From the NCBI GenBank assembly GCA_038850615.1, contig JAWCLR010000001.1, forward strand, positions 93,053 through 133,248: DNA of 40,196 nucleotides, read 5' to 3'. The stretch comes from Candidatus Woesearchaeota archaeon (GTDB lineage: Archaea; Nanobdellota; Nanobdellia; Woesearchaeales; ARS49). Shown here piece by piece: positions 1 through 9,560 of the stretch (positions are counted from its first letter, which is position 1; each line of letters begins with the position of its first letter). The translations under genes were made by a program, and so were the position numbers. The notes under the pieces are model-generated. The model was not told the origin of the DNA. It saw nothing but the letters and a program-made list of their open reading frames with translations, and ran no database searches.

Positions 1-564
1 AATCAAACATTCTTATGAATAGGTTGTATAATGCCTCATTTTTTACAGTGACAAAGCTTCCTGCTGTTACAAACGTTATGAGTGCTGACTGGAACAGCAC
101 CCCGCTCCTATGAGCACGAGATAATAGCAAAACCCCGTATTTGCAATGCTTATTTGCAGTTTTATCATTGCGTAAATTGTCAAAACCAGCCCGAATATTA
201 CTTCAATAAATCCATCCCAGTCAATTCCTGCTGCAGTGATGTAAAGCCAGGAATTGTACGGCTTTAGCAGGTATTTGTCAAAGTCCCCGCGTTCGATTGC
301 CTCTAATGTGACCCAAAAGAAGCCCATGCAGAGCGCGTGGCCTAGCCCGAACACGAGTATGAGCGTTCCTTGAAAGAGAAGGAACTGGTCAAGGGTCCAG
401 CCTGGAATTCCGACTGTTGTGCCATAAATTATCATTGCCATCAATGGCCCAATAAAGTCTCCAAGTGCCATTCCAATTATTGTTATGATGAAGTTTGTCT
501 TGTACGCAAATTCCTTGTTCAGCTGGACCTGCATCATTTTTCCGGCAAGCTTTGGGTATTTCAT
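1..564 (-). CDS. ABC-2 family exporter permease (COG3694-like), runs off the left edge; apparent 1-nt deletion at ~100-103
   Basis: Hydrophobic ORF with IERGDFDKYLLKP motif. ATG 564 overlaps the upstream stop (ATGA). Adding one G to the GGGG run restores ...GAGVLFQSALITFVTAGSF... open to the edge. Confidence 0.8.
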
Positions 565-1352
565 AATCCCACACTCACATAACGCCTTACGGCTTTTTTT
601 GACACGAAATAAATTATTGTGTAAAGCACAACAACCCATGCAAGCTGTGCCAGCAATGATTCTGCCAGCGGCGCGCGCTGAAGGTAAATCAGGATTGGCA
701 CTGACCTTGCGTATTGGAATGGAAGAAAGTGTGAAGCTGCCTGGACTGATTGGGGGAAAAATGCGATCGGAATGAAGCTTCCGCCGAGAAAAGCAACAAC
801 CATCCTTCTGACCCTTCTGAGGCCGTGTATTCTTTTCATCCAGAATGAGCCAAGACCGAGCAGGAATGCCATTCCGAAATATATGAGGAATGCAAAAACT
901 ATTGATAAAAGGAATCCGAGGAATGGCAGTATTGGGGCGATGTGGAGACCAAAAAACACAACACCTATCAAGAATACAGGAATCATTTGCGTGACTATGT
1001 TGTACGCATTGATTCCAATTTCAAAGCTAAGATACCACGGGATGAGCCCGACAGGCTTTAGCATTCCTTTTACGATCCATCCGTGGACAAGGTCATTTTC
1101 CACCCACTTGTCCACTTCTGATCAAGTAAAAAATCCAACCAGCATTGACAGGACATAATACTGCACCATTTCATTGAATGCAAACCCACGTATTGTTTCA
1201 GCGCCAGTATATGCAAAGACAGATTTCCACAAAAAGTAATAAATGATTAGCGTGATTGGGGTTGTGATTATTACCGCGATTGCCTCCCAGCGGTAGCGCA
1301 TTGCTGTCTTGATTCCCACCTGTGCTAGCCCGATTTGCTGGTTTAAGCTCAT
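561..1352 (-). CDS. ABC-2 family exporter permease (COG4587-like) with in-frame TGA at 1122-1124
   Basis: ORFs 1122-1352 and 561-1115 are in the same frame (...GFFT*SEVDKWVE...). Motifs MLKPV, LGGSFIPIAFFP, LPFQY. Confidence 0.8.
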
Positions 1353-2324
1353 GTTTTGTAAATTTTTGCAATGATTTCCTCAATTGGCGGGTCAGCCACT
1401 ATGATGTCTGCCACGTCAAAGTTTTCAGCAGATAATTGATAAGGTCCTGAACTTTTGCCTTCCTCGTATCAAGCTCTATTTCAAGGTCATATTCCTGCTG
1501 CCGTATCACCTTGCAGCCCTTGAATGAGAATTTTCCTGCTTTTTCTGCCAGCTTGACTTCTATGTGCTTGTCCGTAAGGTATTTCTGCCTGATTTCCTCA
1601 AGTGGACCGTCATATATTATTTTTCCATGGTTGATTATTATGACCCTCTCGCACAGGCGTTCTATGTCCTGCATGTCGTGGGTTGTGACTACGAATGTTA
1701 TTTTCTGCTCCTTGTTCAGTTTGAGTAAGAAGTCCCTGAGCTTTTCCTTTGCGATTATGTCAAGCCCGATTGTCGGTTCGTCAAGGAACACAAGCCGCGG
1801 GTTATGAAGCAACGCCTGTATTACCTCGCACCGCATTCTTTCCCCAAGGCTGAGGTCCCTGACTGGCGTCCTTGAGATTTGCTCAACTTCAAGCAGCTTG
1901 ATGAGTTTTTTCATCCTTGGCAGGAATTCATTTTGCGGTATGCCATAAATATCCCTGTTAAGGTAGTATGAGTCAATTGGCGGCAGGTCCCAGAACAGGT
2001 TTGATTTTTGGCCGAAAACAGCACCTATCTTAGCCACGTACTTTATTCTATCTTTCCATGGCTTCATGCCCATAACGTTTGCTTCGCCGCTGTCAGGCCA
2101 CAGAAGCCCGCAGAGTATTTTGAGCAATGTGCTTTTGCCCGCCCGTTCGGACCGATGAGTCCGACTATCTCACCTTCTTTTATGTCAAAGCTTATGCCTT
2201 TCAGTGCTTGTTTGTACTCTATCTCGGGCTTTACAAAGCTCTTGAATGCAGCAATGATTCCCTGTCCGCGCTTGATTGTCTTGAACTGCTTCTTCAGGTC
2301 CTTTACGTGGATTATTGTGTTCAT
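1349..2324 (-). CDS. ABC transporter ATP-binding protein (COG4586-like), two apparent 1-nt deletions (~2142-2144, ~1422-1425)
   Basis: Walker A GPNG(A)GKST restored by +1 G. Signature LSLGE, Walker B VFLDEPT, H-loop TTH. Adding one A restores C-terminus ...DPPIEEIIAKIYKT* ending in an ATGA overlap with the permease start at 1352. Confidence 0.85.
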
Positions 2325-2486
2325 GGTGTTTTGCCTCGTACGTGGCTTGTTAAACTTTTGCCATCCACAGCCAGGTTACACTGGGTGGAAAACGAAAAGA
2401 AAACTAAGCAAACCAAGCCAATGAGACTAAAGGTTGGTTGTCATAAGGGCAAGAAATGGCGCGTTATTCTTATGCTTTTCGGTTCT

Positions 2487-3383
2487 TTAGAGCTTTATCT
2501 TCATCAAGTCTTTTGCTGCTTGTGTGTTGTCAAAGATGTTTCTTGCGTCTTCCTCAAGCTCTGAGACATTCTTGTACCTTGCTGAGAAGTGTGTTAGTAT
2601 GAGTTTTTTGGCGTTTGCACTGGAAGCGAGCTGTGCTGCTTCTTGTGCTGTCATGTGCGCGTATTCGTGGGCTTCTTCTGTGCGCTCGCTTGTGTATGTT
2701 GCTTCGCAAATCACAATGTCTGCGTTCTCAGCAAGCTTTTGCGCACCTGTACAGACAACAGTGTCGGCGATGTAAGCTACCTTCTTGCCCGGAATTACTT
2801 CGCTGACCATGTCAGGGGTTATTTTCTTTCCGTCGACTGTCACGACATGTCCTTCCTGCAGTTTACCAACGAGAGGACCAATGGGCACGTTGTGTTTCTT
2901 GAGGAGTTTTACGTCCATTTTTCTCTTGTCGTTTTCAATGAATGCGTACCCAATTGTTGGCGCGCTATGCTTTAGTGGGGCGCATTCCACGCGGAAGTCT
3001 TTTGTTTCAAGGATTGTTCCTGACTTTACTTCATGGACTTTGATGTTTATGCTTCTGGCGCCTTCTATTGCGCTGAAAAGATGGCTAAGCCTTTCTCTTG
3101 TGCCGACGGGACCGTAAATTTCTATTGTTCCTGAAAAATTATATATCGTTAGTCCAAGGCTGAACAATAATCCAGGCAACCCAATTACGTGGTCTCCGTG
3201 CCAGTGCGTTATGAATATCCTCGTGACTTTTGACAAGGGTATTCCTGCTATTTTCATCTGCCTCTGGGTTCCTTCCCCGCAATCAAACAACAAGCCTTCT
3301 GCCTTGTACTTCAGGAATACCGCCATTACGTTCCTTTCCTTTGTAGGCATTCCGCCTGCAGTGCCAAGTATTGTTATTTCCAT
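2487..3383 (-). CDS. rnz: Ribonuclease Z (tRNA 3' processing)
   Basis: MEITILGT start, FDCGEGTQRQ, THWHGDH metallo-beta-lactamase motif, exosite GP, ADT, EATY, HFSARY. True start 3383. Confidence 0.96.
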   Translation of the reverse strand: MEITILGTAGGMPTKERNVMAVFLKYKAEGLLFDCGEGTQRQMKIAGIPLSKVTRIFITHWHGDHVIGLPGLLFSLGLTIYNFSGTIEIYGPVGTRERLSHLFSAIEGARSINIKVHEVKSGTILETKDFRVECAPLKHSAPTIGYAFIENDKRKMDVKLLKKHNVPIGPLVGKLQEGHVVTVDGKKITPDMVSEVIPGKKVAYIADTVVCTGAQKLAENADIVICEATYTSERTEEAHEYAHMTAQEAAQLASSANAKKLILTHFSARYKNVSELEEDARNIFDNTQAAKDLMKIKL

Positions 3384-3401
3384 AAATTCCCTTTTAAGAC
3401 G

Positions 3402-3419
3402 GAAGGTATTTAAACCTTC
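3402..3419. promoter_or_regulatory. Near-palindromic bidirectional BRE/TATA element for rnz and endA
   Basis: GAAGGT-ATTTAA-ACCTTC; TATA ~24 nt from each ATG (3383 and 3438). Confidence 0.7.
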
Positions 3420-3437
3420 TGCATTCAGTTTTCTGAT

Positions 3438-3968
3438 ATGGCAGCAATTGTGAAGGCATTGCTTGAGGGCGATGTTGTGAGGACAGAGAACACTGATGAG
3501 GCAAGGGAGCTTTTCAATAAAGCCAGCTTCGGAGGACTTCTTGATGACGGAAGAGTCCAGCTTTCGCCGATTGAGGCAGTTTATCTTACTGCCAAGAAGC
3601 GCATAAAAGTGCTTGATGAAAAGGGAAAAAACATCCCTGTTGATAGGCTTATTGCAAAAATCAGGAAGAAGGACAGGAATTTCTGGCCAAGATATTCTGT
3701 TTTCAAGGACTTGCGCGACCGCGGCTACATTGTTAAGACCGCCCTGAAGTTCGGTGCTGACTTCCGTGTTTATGAGCGCGGGATAAAGCCAGGCGAGGAC
3801 CATGCAAAGTGGGTTGTTTATCCCACAAGCGAGCACGAACGCCTGACCTGGCAGGAGTTTGCTGCAAGGAACCGGGTTGCGCACTCCACAAAAAAGAATT
3901 TGCTTGTTGGAATTGTTGATGACGAGGGTGACGTAAGCTACTGGGAAGTGCGCTGGCTCAAACCTTAA
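3438..3968 (+). CDS. endA: tRNA-splicing endonuclease (single-unit, 176 aa)
   Basis: LRDRGYIVKTALKFGADFRVY, catalytic His (EDHA), RVAHSTKK; Tyr/His/Lys triad present. Confidence 0.95.
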   Translation: MAAIVKALLEGDVVRTENTDEARELFNKASFGGLLDDGRVQLSPIEAVYLTAKKRIKVLDEKGKNIPVDRLIAKIRKKDRNFWPRYSVFKDLRDRGYIVKTALKFGADFRVYERGIKPGEDHAKWVVYPTSEHERLTWQEFAARNRVAHSTKKNLLVGIVDDEGDVSYWEVRWLKP

Positions 3969-4012
3969 AACTTCATAACCTATTTATACCACGTTCAAAT
4001 TGGGTTTTGCTT

Positions 4013-5005
4013 ATGGGCGCCCTTGATTATCGTGACAGGATTCGCGCAATGGTGGAGCAAAAGCCAGTCCAGCCCACTTTTGTTGCAAAAGCGTTGATGA
4101 CCAACTCTATGCTCTCGAGCGCAATGCTTTCAGAAATGAGTGAAAAAGGCCTTCTTAAGGTTTCGCATTTAAAAGTTGGAAGCTCTCCTTTGTACTATCA
4201 TCCGGACCATCCTGAGCACCTGCTTGACTATCTCCACTACTTAAGCGAGAAGGATAGGAAGACTGTTGTGACCTTGAAAGAAAAAGGCGTGATGCGCGAC
4301 ACCACCCTTGACCCGTTGACAAGGGTTTCGTTGAGGAACGTAAAGGATTTTGCAAAGCCGCTTGACGTCGCAATTGACGGCGTCAGGGAATTGTTCTGGA
4401 AGTTTTATCTTCTTACTGATGAACAAGCTGCTGATGCAATAAGGCAGTTGCTGCAAAAGAAAGCGGCAGCGCCCGAGCGGCATGCTGAAGCGCCGAAAGC
4501 CCAAAAGCCAAGGAAGCCAAGGAAGCCAAAGCTTGCTGTTGAGTCGCAGCAGGTTGTCCCAGAAGCACCCGCTGTCCACCCAACCGCTCCCCCTCTTGAA
4601 GTCCAGAAACCACAAGTGCCTGTTGCAGATGCTCTACATTCAGAAGAGCAAAAACCGATTGCTCCGGCAGAGGCTGCAAGCAAGGCATTAGGAAGCGACG
4701 ATCCTTTCCTGCAGAAGCTTATGGCATTTTTTGCCTCAAACAGCATCACCGTGCTTGAGCAGATTGCATTGAAGAGAAAGAATGAGTACGACTTTGTTCT
4801 CTCCCTCGCATCACCTGTCGGTCCACTGAATTATTATTGCAAGGCAAAGAACAAGGCAAAGATTGGGGAGGCAGATTTGAGCCATGCTTACGTGCAGGGG
4901 CAGTTGAAGAAGCTTCCAATACTTTTCCTTTCTCCTGGAACACTGACAAAGCCGGCCAGCGAACTCCTTAAGGAGCTAAAGGGATTGACTGTCAAGCAGG
5001 TGTAA
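4013..5005 (+). CDS. Hypothetical protein: putative N-terminal winged helix, Pro/Ala/Lys linker, C-terminal restriction-endonuclease-like domain
   Basis: Long ORF with upstream TATA (TTTATA ~3982). Domain calls from sequence pattern only (EYDFVL...YYCKAKNK). Confidence 0.75.
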   Translation: MGALDYRDRIRAMVEQKPVQPTFVAKALMTNSMLSSAMLSEMSEKGLLKVSHLKVGSSPLYYHPDHPEHLLDYLHYLSEKDRKTVVTLKEKGVMRDTTLDPLTRVSLRNVKDFAKPLDVAIDGVRELFWKFYLLTDEQAADAIRQLLQKKAAAPERHAEAPKAQKPRKPRKPKLAVESQQVVPEAPAVHPTAPPLEVQKPQVPVADALHSEEQKPIAPAEAASKALGSDDPFLQKLMAFFASNSITVLEQIALKRKNEYDFVLSLASPVGPLNYYCKAKNKAKIGEADLSHAYVQGQLKKLPILFLSPGTLTKPASELLKELKGLTVKQV

Positions 5006-5012
5006 TCAGAAA

Positions 5013-6041
5013 ATGGGTGTTAATCTCAAGGAGATTGTTGCAAAAAGAGAGATTTCATTTGAAGAGCTCAAGGGCAAAGTGCTTGCTGTCGACGCTTACA
5101 ACATACTTTATCAGTTCCTTACAACAATAAGGACTCCTGATGGAAGATTGTTGACTGACAGCAAGGGAAGGATAACATCCCACCTTATTGGCTTGTTTTC
5201 AAGGACTTCAAGCTTTCTGAAGCAAGGTTTGAAGCCGGTTTTTGTTTTTGATGGCGAGGTTCCTGAGCTTAAGCACAGGGAGCTTGAGAAGCGCGCAGAG
5301 GCAAAGCTTGAAGCCCAAAAAAAGTATGAAGAGGCTGTTGCTGAAGAAGATATTGAGGCAATGCAGAAGTATGCCGCAAGAACAGTCAAGCTCACAAAGG
5401 AAATGGTTGAGGATGCAAAAAGGCTTCTTGCTTTGATGGGCGTTCCTGTGATTCAGGCCCCATATGAAGGTGATGCGCAGGCAGCGTTCCTTGTAAAGAA
5501 TGGAGATGCTTGGGCTGTTGTGAGCCAGGATTATGATGCCTTGCTGCATGGCGCTGACAGGCTTATACAGAACTTGTCAATTGCTGGGAGGAGGAAAAAG
5601 ACAAGAGCCCTTGCCACGGTTGTTGTCAAGCCGGAGATTGTTGTGCTGAAGGACTTGCTGAACGAACTTGGCATCAATCAGGACCAGCTTATTTGTCTTG
5701 CAATCCTTGTCGGAACTGATTATCATCCTGGTGGCGTAAAGGGTCTTGGTCCAAAAAAATCGTTGGCGTTGGTAAAGGAGCAGAAGACTCCTGAAAAGAT
5801 ATTTTTATCTGCAAAATGGTCAGAACATTGCAGCATTCCTTGGCAGGAAATATTCAAGTTGTTCAAGGAAATGCCTGTAACCAAGGATTACAAGATTGTT
5901 TTCAAAGCGCCGGATGCTGATGGAATCAAAAAATTTCTTGTTGAGAAGCGTGATTTTGGTATTGAGCGTGTTGAAAAAACTCTTGCTGAGCTGAATGAGC
6001 AATACCGCAAGATGCAACAGAAGGGGCTTGGTGATTTTTGA
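5013..6041 (+). CDS. fen: Flap endonuclease FEN-1
   Basis: MGVNL start, AVDAYNILYQFL, FVFDG, EGDAQAA, SQDYD, GTDY..GVKGLGPK, C-terminal PIP box QKGLGDF. Confidence 0.97.
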   Translation: MGVNLKEIVAKREISFEELKGKVLAVDAYNILYQFLTTIRTPDGRLLTDSKGRITSHLIGLFSRTSSFLKQGLKPVFVFDGEVPELKHRELEKRAEAKLEAQKKYEEAVAEEDIEAMQKYAARTVKLTKEMVEDAKRLLALMGVPVIQAPYEGDAQAAFLVKNGDAWAVVSQDYDALLHGADRLIQNLSIAGRRKKTRALATVVVKPEIVVLKDLLNELGINQDQLICLAILVGTDYHPGGVKGLGPKKSLALVKEQKTPEKIFLSAKWSEHCSIPWQEIFKLFKEMPVTKDYKIVFKAPDADGIKKFLVEKRDFGIERVEKTLAELNEQYRKMQQKGLGDF

Positions 6042-6859
6042 TGAGGTTGAAGGAAGCACTCAAAGGAAAGCTCAGCGAAAAAGAACTTTCATTGTTAAGG
6101 GGGTTTGATGTTGTAGGCGACATTGCCATTCTTGAGATTGACCGTCGCTTGGAGAAAAAGAAAAAAATCATTGCAAAAACTTTACTTGGCTTGCTGCCTT
6201 ACATTAAGGTTGCTGTCAAGAAGAAAGGGGGTCATGTTGGCATATTCAGGAAACAGCCGCTTGAGATTCTTGCCGGCGAAAGGAGAAAAACCACAGTGCA
6301 TAAGGAGTTTGGTGTTGAGATTGCATTGAATGTCGAGACCTGCTATTTCTCACCACGGCTTGCCAATGAGCGTGAACGGATAGCAAGGCAGGTCAAGCCA
6401 GGGGAGGTTGTTCTTGTTATGTTCTCAGGTGTTGCGCCTTATCCTCTTGTGATTGCAAAATTGTCGCAAGCTTACAAGATTTACGGAATTGAAGCAAATC
6501 CTGAGGCGCACAAGTACGCTGTTGAGAATGTGAAGAGGAATAGGCTTGGTCATAAGATAATCTTAATTAAGGGTGATGCAAGAAAGGCAATTCCAAAATT
6601 TAAGTTTGACCGCATAGTGATGCCTTGGCCTCAGAAAGCAGAGAAGTTTCTTGATGTTGCCCTAAAGGCTTCAAAGAAGGGAACTGTGCTTCATTTTTAT
6701 GACTTTCAACCAGAAGACAAATGGAATGTTGCTGCTGAACTTGTAAAGCAAGCGTGCAAGAAAGCAAGAAAGAAGTGCAAAATCCTAAAAATTGTTGAGT
6801 GTGGTCAGGTGGGTGTCAGGCAGAACCGCGTTTGCGTGGATTTTGTTGTGCAGAATTAA
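6038..6859 (+). CDS. trm5: Trm5/TYW2-family tRNA G37 SAM-dependent transferase
   Basis: FDVVGDIAI, TVHKEFG, YFSPRLANERERI, MFSGVAPY, GIEANP, DRIVMPWP. Confidence 0.88.
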   Translation: MMRLKEALKGKLSEKELSLLRGFDVVGDIAILEIDRRLEKKKKIIAKTLLGLLPYIKVAVKKKGGHVGIFRKQPLEILAGERRKTTVHKEFGVEIALNVETCYFSPRLANERERIARQVKPGEVVLVMFSGVAPYPLVIAKLSQAYKIYGIEANPEAHKYAVENVKRNRLGHKIILIKGDARKAIPKFKFDRIVMPWPQKAEKFLDVALKASKKGTVLHFYDFQPEDKWNVAAELVKQACKKARKKCKILKIVECGQVGVRQNRVCVDFVVQN

Positions 6860-7998
6860 CCAAACATCTTGGTATAATCTTCATCATCCATAGGGTTTCC
6901 GCTTCTTACTTTTTCTATTGCCAATAATATGTCTTCTTCTGTGACTTTTGTCCTTCCTTCGCGGATTGCAAAGTATCCTGCTTCTGTCACGACTGCCTTT
7001 ATTTCTGCTCCTGAGAACCCTTCCATTGCTCCTATTACGTCATTTGTGTTTATTTTTGCAAGGTTGACTTCTTTTGTATGTATCTTGAATATCTCCCTTC
7101 TTCCATCAAAGTCAGGCAGTGGCACGTATATGCGTCTGTCAAGCCTTCCCGGTCTTAGTATTGCCGTGTCGAGAATGTCTCTTCTGTTTGTGCAACCGAT
7201 TATTTTGACATTGTCCAATGGTTTGAATCCGTCTATTTCTGCCAGTAACTGCATAAATGTCCTTTGTACCTCTCTTTCTCCTGATGTGCCGATGTCTATT
7301 CGTGTTGCTGCTATTGAGTCTAGTTCGTCGATGAATATTATGCTTGGCGCCTTTTCGCGGGCAAGCTGGAATATTTCCTTGACAAGTTTTGCTCCTTCTC
7401 CAATGAATTTTTGCACGAGTTCAGAGCCAACCACTTGTATGAATGTGCTGTTTGTGCTTGCCGCAACTGCCTTTGCCAAGAGTGTTTTTCCTGTTCCTGG
7501 CGGTCCGTATAGGAGTATTCCTTTTGGCGGCTGGATTCCAATCTGCTTGAACAATTCCGGCCTTTTCAGTGGTAACTCAATGACTTCCTTTATTTCCTGG
7601 ACCTGTTCTGAGAGCCCGCCGATGTCAGCCCACTTGATGTCTGGCTTTTCGAGGATTACGAATTTTTCTACGTCAAATTTTTTGCTGACTGGCATTTTTT
7701 TGAGTATTGTCAGGTTTTTTTGTTCTGCCAGCACGCTGTCTCCAGGCATTAGTTCGCCGCAGTTGGCTGCAATTTCGACAAGGAATTCGTTGCCGTTGGG
7801 AAGCCGTACAAGCGCCTTGTCTTCAAGGATGTCTCTTATCTCGCAGGCGATTAAGGGTGCCTTACGGAATTTTTCAAGTTCTTTTTCAAGGTTGTCAATG
7901 CTTTCCTTGAGGAACCTGTTTTCCTCTTCAAGCCCGCTCACGTTTGTTGCATAAGAATAACTGACGTCTTCTGTTTTTTCAGTGTTGCGTATCGCCAT
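6856..7998 (-). CDS. pan: Proteasome-activating nucleotidase
   Basis: Coiled coil plus OB region, WADIGGL, GPPGTGKT, IIFIDELD, REVQRT, LRPGRLDR, C-terminal MFG (HbYX-like). Confidence 0.96.
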   Translation of the reverse strand: MAIRNTEKTEDVSYSYATNVSGLEEENRFLKESIDNLEKELEKFRKAPLIACEIRDILEDKALVRLPNGNEFLVEIAANCGELMPGDSVLAEQKNLTILKKMPVSKKFDVEKFVILEKPDIKWADIGGLSEQVQEIKEVIELPLKRPELFKQIGIQPPKGILLYGPPGTGKTLLAKAVAASTNSTFIQVVGSELVQKFIGEGAKLVKEIFQLAREKAPSIIFIDELDSIAATRIDIGTSGEREVQRTFMQLLAEIDGFKPLDNVKIIGCTNRRDILDTAILRPGRLDRRIYVPLPDFDGRREIFKIHTKEVNLAKINTNDVIGAMEGFSGAEIKAVVTEAGYFAIREGRTKVTEEDILLAIEKVRSGNPMDDEDYTKMFG

Positions 7999-8059
7999 CG
8001 GGGTTCTTCTGACTCAAGGATTGTTTATAAATTTTGTGGCAAAGCTTTTAACGGGCTTT

Positions 8060-9136
8060 TCACCGCGTTATTTCAAAGCTTTTGACTTGTTCAAGCAGTT
8101 CTTTCGGTTTTCCCCTGCTGAAATGCTTTCTTACAGGTTCCAAGTATATGTTGATTGCTGTTGCAACTGCCTTTTTGAGGTCCATCGGGTGAAGTTTACC
8201 TGTAGAGTATGCCTTTGCCAAGTCTTCAAATCCTTTCAGCACAATTTCGCCGCCGAATTTTTCAGGTCTTTGTATCAGCAGTTCTTTTTGTTTTTCAAAA
8301 ATGATGTATTTGCAGTATTCAATTATTGGGTTTTCTTCAAGCTGTTTTGGAGGACAATATGCGTTTAGTATCTTGCGCTCAACATCGTTTGTTGTGTCAG
8401 TCATGAAAATTGCCGAGTCTGGGTTGCTCTTGCTCATTTTTAGCTCAATGGTTCGTTCTGTCTTGTCGCTACTTGTTGTTGCCGGCGGTTGCTTTAGTCC
8501 CATGAGCATATGGTGGTGGACTGCAACTGGCTTGTTCCAGCCGAGTTTTGGCGCAATTTCACGCGCGAGAATGTTCACCTTGCGCTGGTCCATTCCGAGC
8601 TGGCAGATGTCTGCATTCAATTGGAATATGTCTGCTGCCTGCATTGCGGGATAAAGTATTTGTGCTGCGTACTGCATTTCTTTTTCTTTTCTTCCCATTA
8701 TTTGCCCGCAACGGAGCATGCGTTGTATTGTTGTGTGCCTTGTTATTTGCACCACTTTTTTCCAATAGCCTTCGTTAGTGACAAATTCACTGCAGTTAAC
8801 GAATTTTACGTTGTCAAGGTCCATTCCTGTTGCTTTCCAGACCTCTTCAAAATACTTGCCGACTGTGTGTATTTTGTCAAGGTCTCCACCCATTTTGTTG
8901 TTCAACCATGCATGCCAATCTGCCACAAGCATTATGAATTTGCACCCTGCCTTTGTCATTTTGTTGACGTTTATTGCCCGTAGCAGTCCTTGTGCAATGT
9001 GTATTTTTCCAGACGGCTCAAAACCGTCATACGCTGTGGGGTTTTTCTTTTTTTAAAGAAACCCCATGAATTCTTGCTCTGTCAGGATTTCCTCCCCCAC
9101 TTGCCTTATAAGAGCCAGTCTTTCTTCGACATTCAT
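8060..9136 (-). CDS. tyrS: Tyrosine--tRNA ligase (archaeal type) with in-frame TAA at codon 28 (9053-9055)
   Basis: MNVEERLALIRQVGEEILT...FL*KKKNPTAYDGFEPSGKIHIAQG, ADWHAWLN, YPAMQAADIF, GMDQRKV, KMSKS. Confidence 0.93.
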
Positions 9137-9154
9137 GCATTGCCCAATTTCTCC

Positions 9155-9205
9155 GTCTTTATTTAAATCTTTCCCGCAGAACAAAAGAAAACATTTAAAT
9201 ACAAC
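9155..9205. promoter_or_regulatory. Divergent TATA boxes for tyrS and the PRC-barrel gene
   Basis: Two TTTAAAT boxes (~9162 and ~9194), each with a purine-rich BRE on the appropriate strand. Confidence 0.55.
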
Positions 9206-9242
9206 CTACACTCATTCGGAAGGAGTAAATAAGGGTGAACTG

Positions 9243-9509
9243 ATGGCAACTGCAGACGAAAAGAAATTCTCAAAACAACTGATGGGCAAAACCGTTGTCA
9301 GCAAGTCAGGCAAGCGGTTTGGTGAAGTTGGTGACATTGTTTTTGAAACAAAGTCAGGAGAGCTTATACACCTCGTCCTAAAGAATCCAACAACGTATAC
9401 CGAGAAGCTTGAGCTGGAAAAGGACAAGGCAGGCAATTTGCTTATTCCCTTCAGTGCAGTTATTGCAATGGGCGACTTTATGGTTGTTTCAGAGGAAGAC
9501 ATTGTCTGA
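9243..9509 (+). CDS. PRC-barrel protein, CdpB-like (archaeal FtsZ/SepF division accessory)
   Basis: LMGKTVVSKSGKRFGEVGDIVFETKSGEL...LLIPFSAVIAMGDFMVV; GGTGA Shine-Dalgarno before ATG 9243. Confidence 0.85.
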   Translation: MATADEKKFSKQLMGKTVVSKSGKRFGEVGDIVFETKSGELIHLVLKNPTTYTEKLELEKDKAGNLLIPFSAVIAMGDFMVVSEEDIV

Positions 9510-9560
9510 TTTCCCTAAATCTTTTTAAACTGGTGGCTTTTCGTGCTATCCGGGGGATTT

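Noticed and set aside
3384-3884. N-terminal extension of the 465-aa RNase Z ORF
   Set aside because: It is antisense to endA; the family start MEITILGT and the promoter point to 3383.
6929-7954. 341-aa plus-strand ORF
   Set aside because: Antisense shadow of pan with Ser/Ile/Phe-rich mirror composition; the same applies to other antisense ORFs such as 35296-35994.
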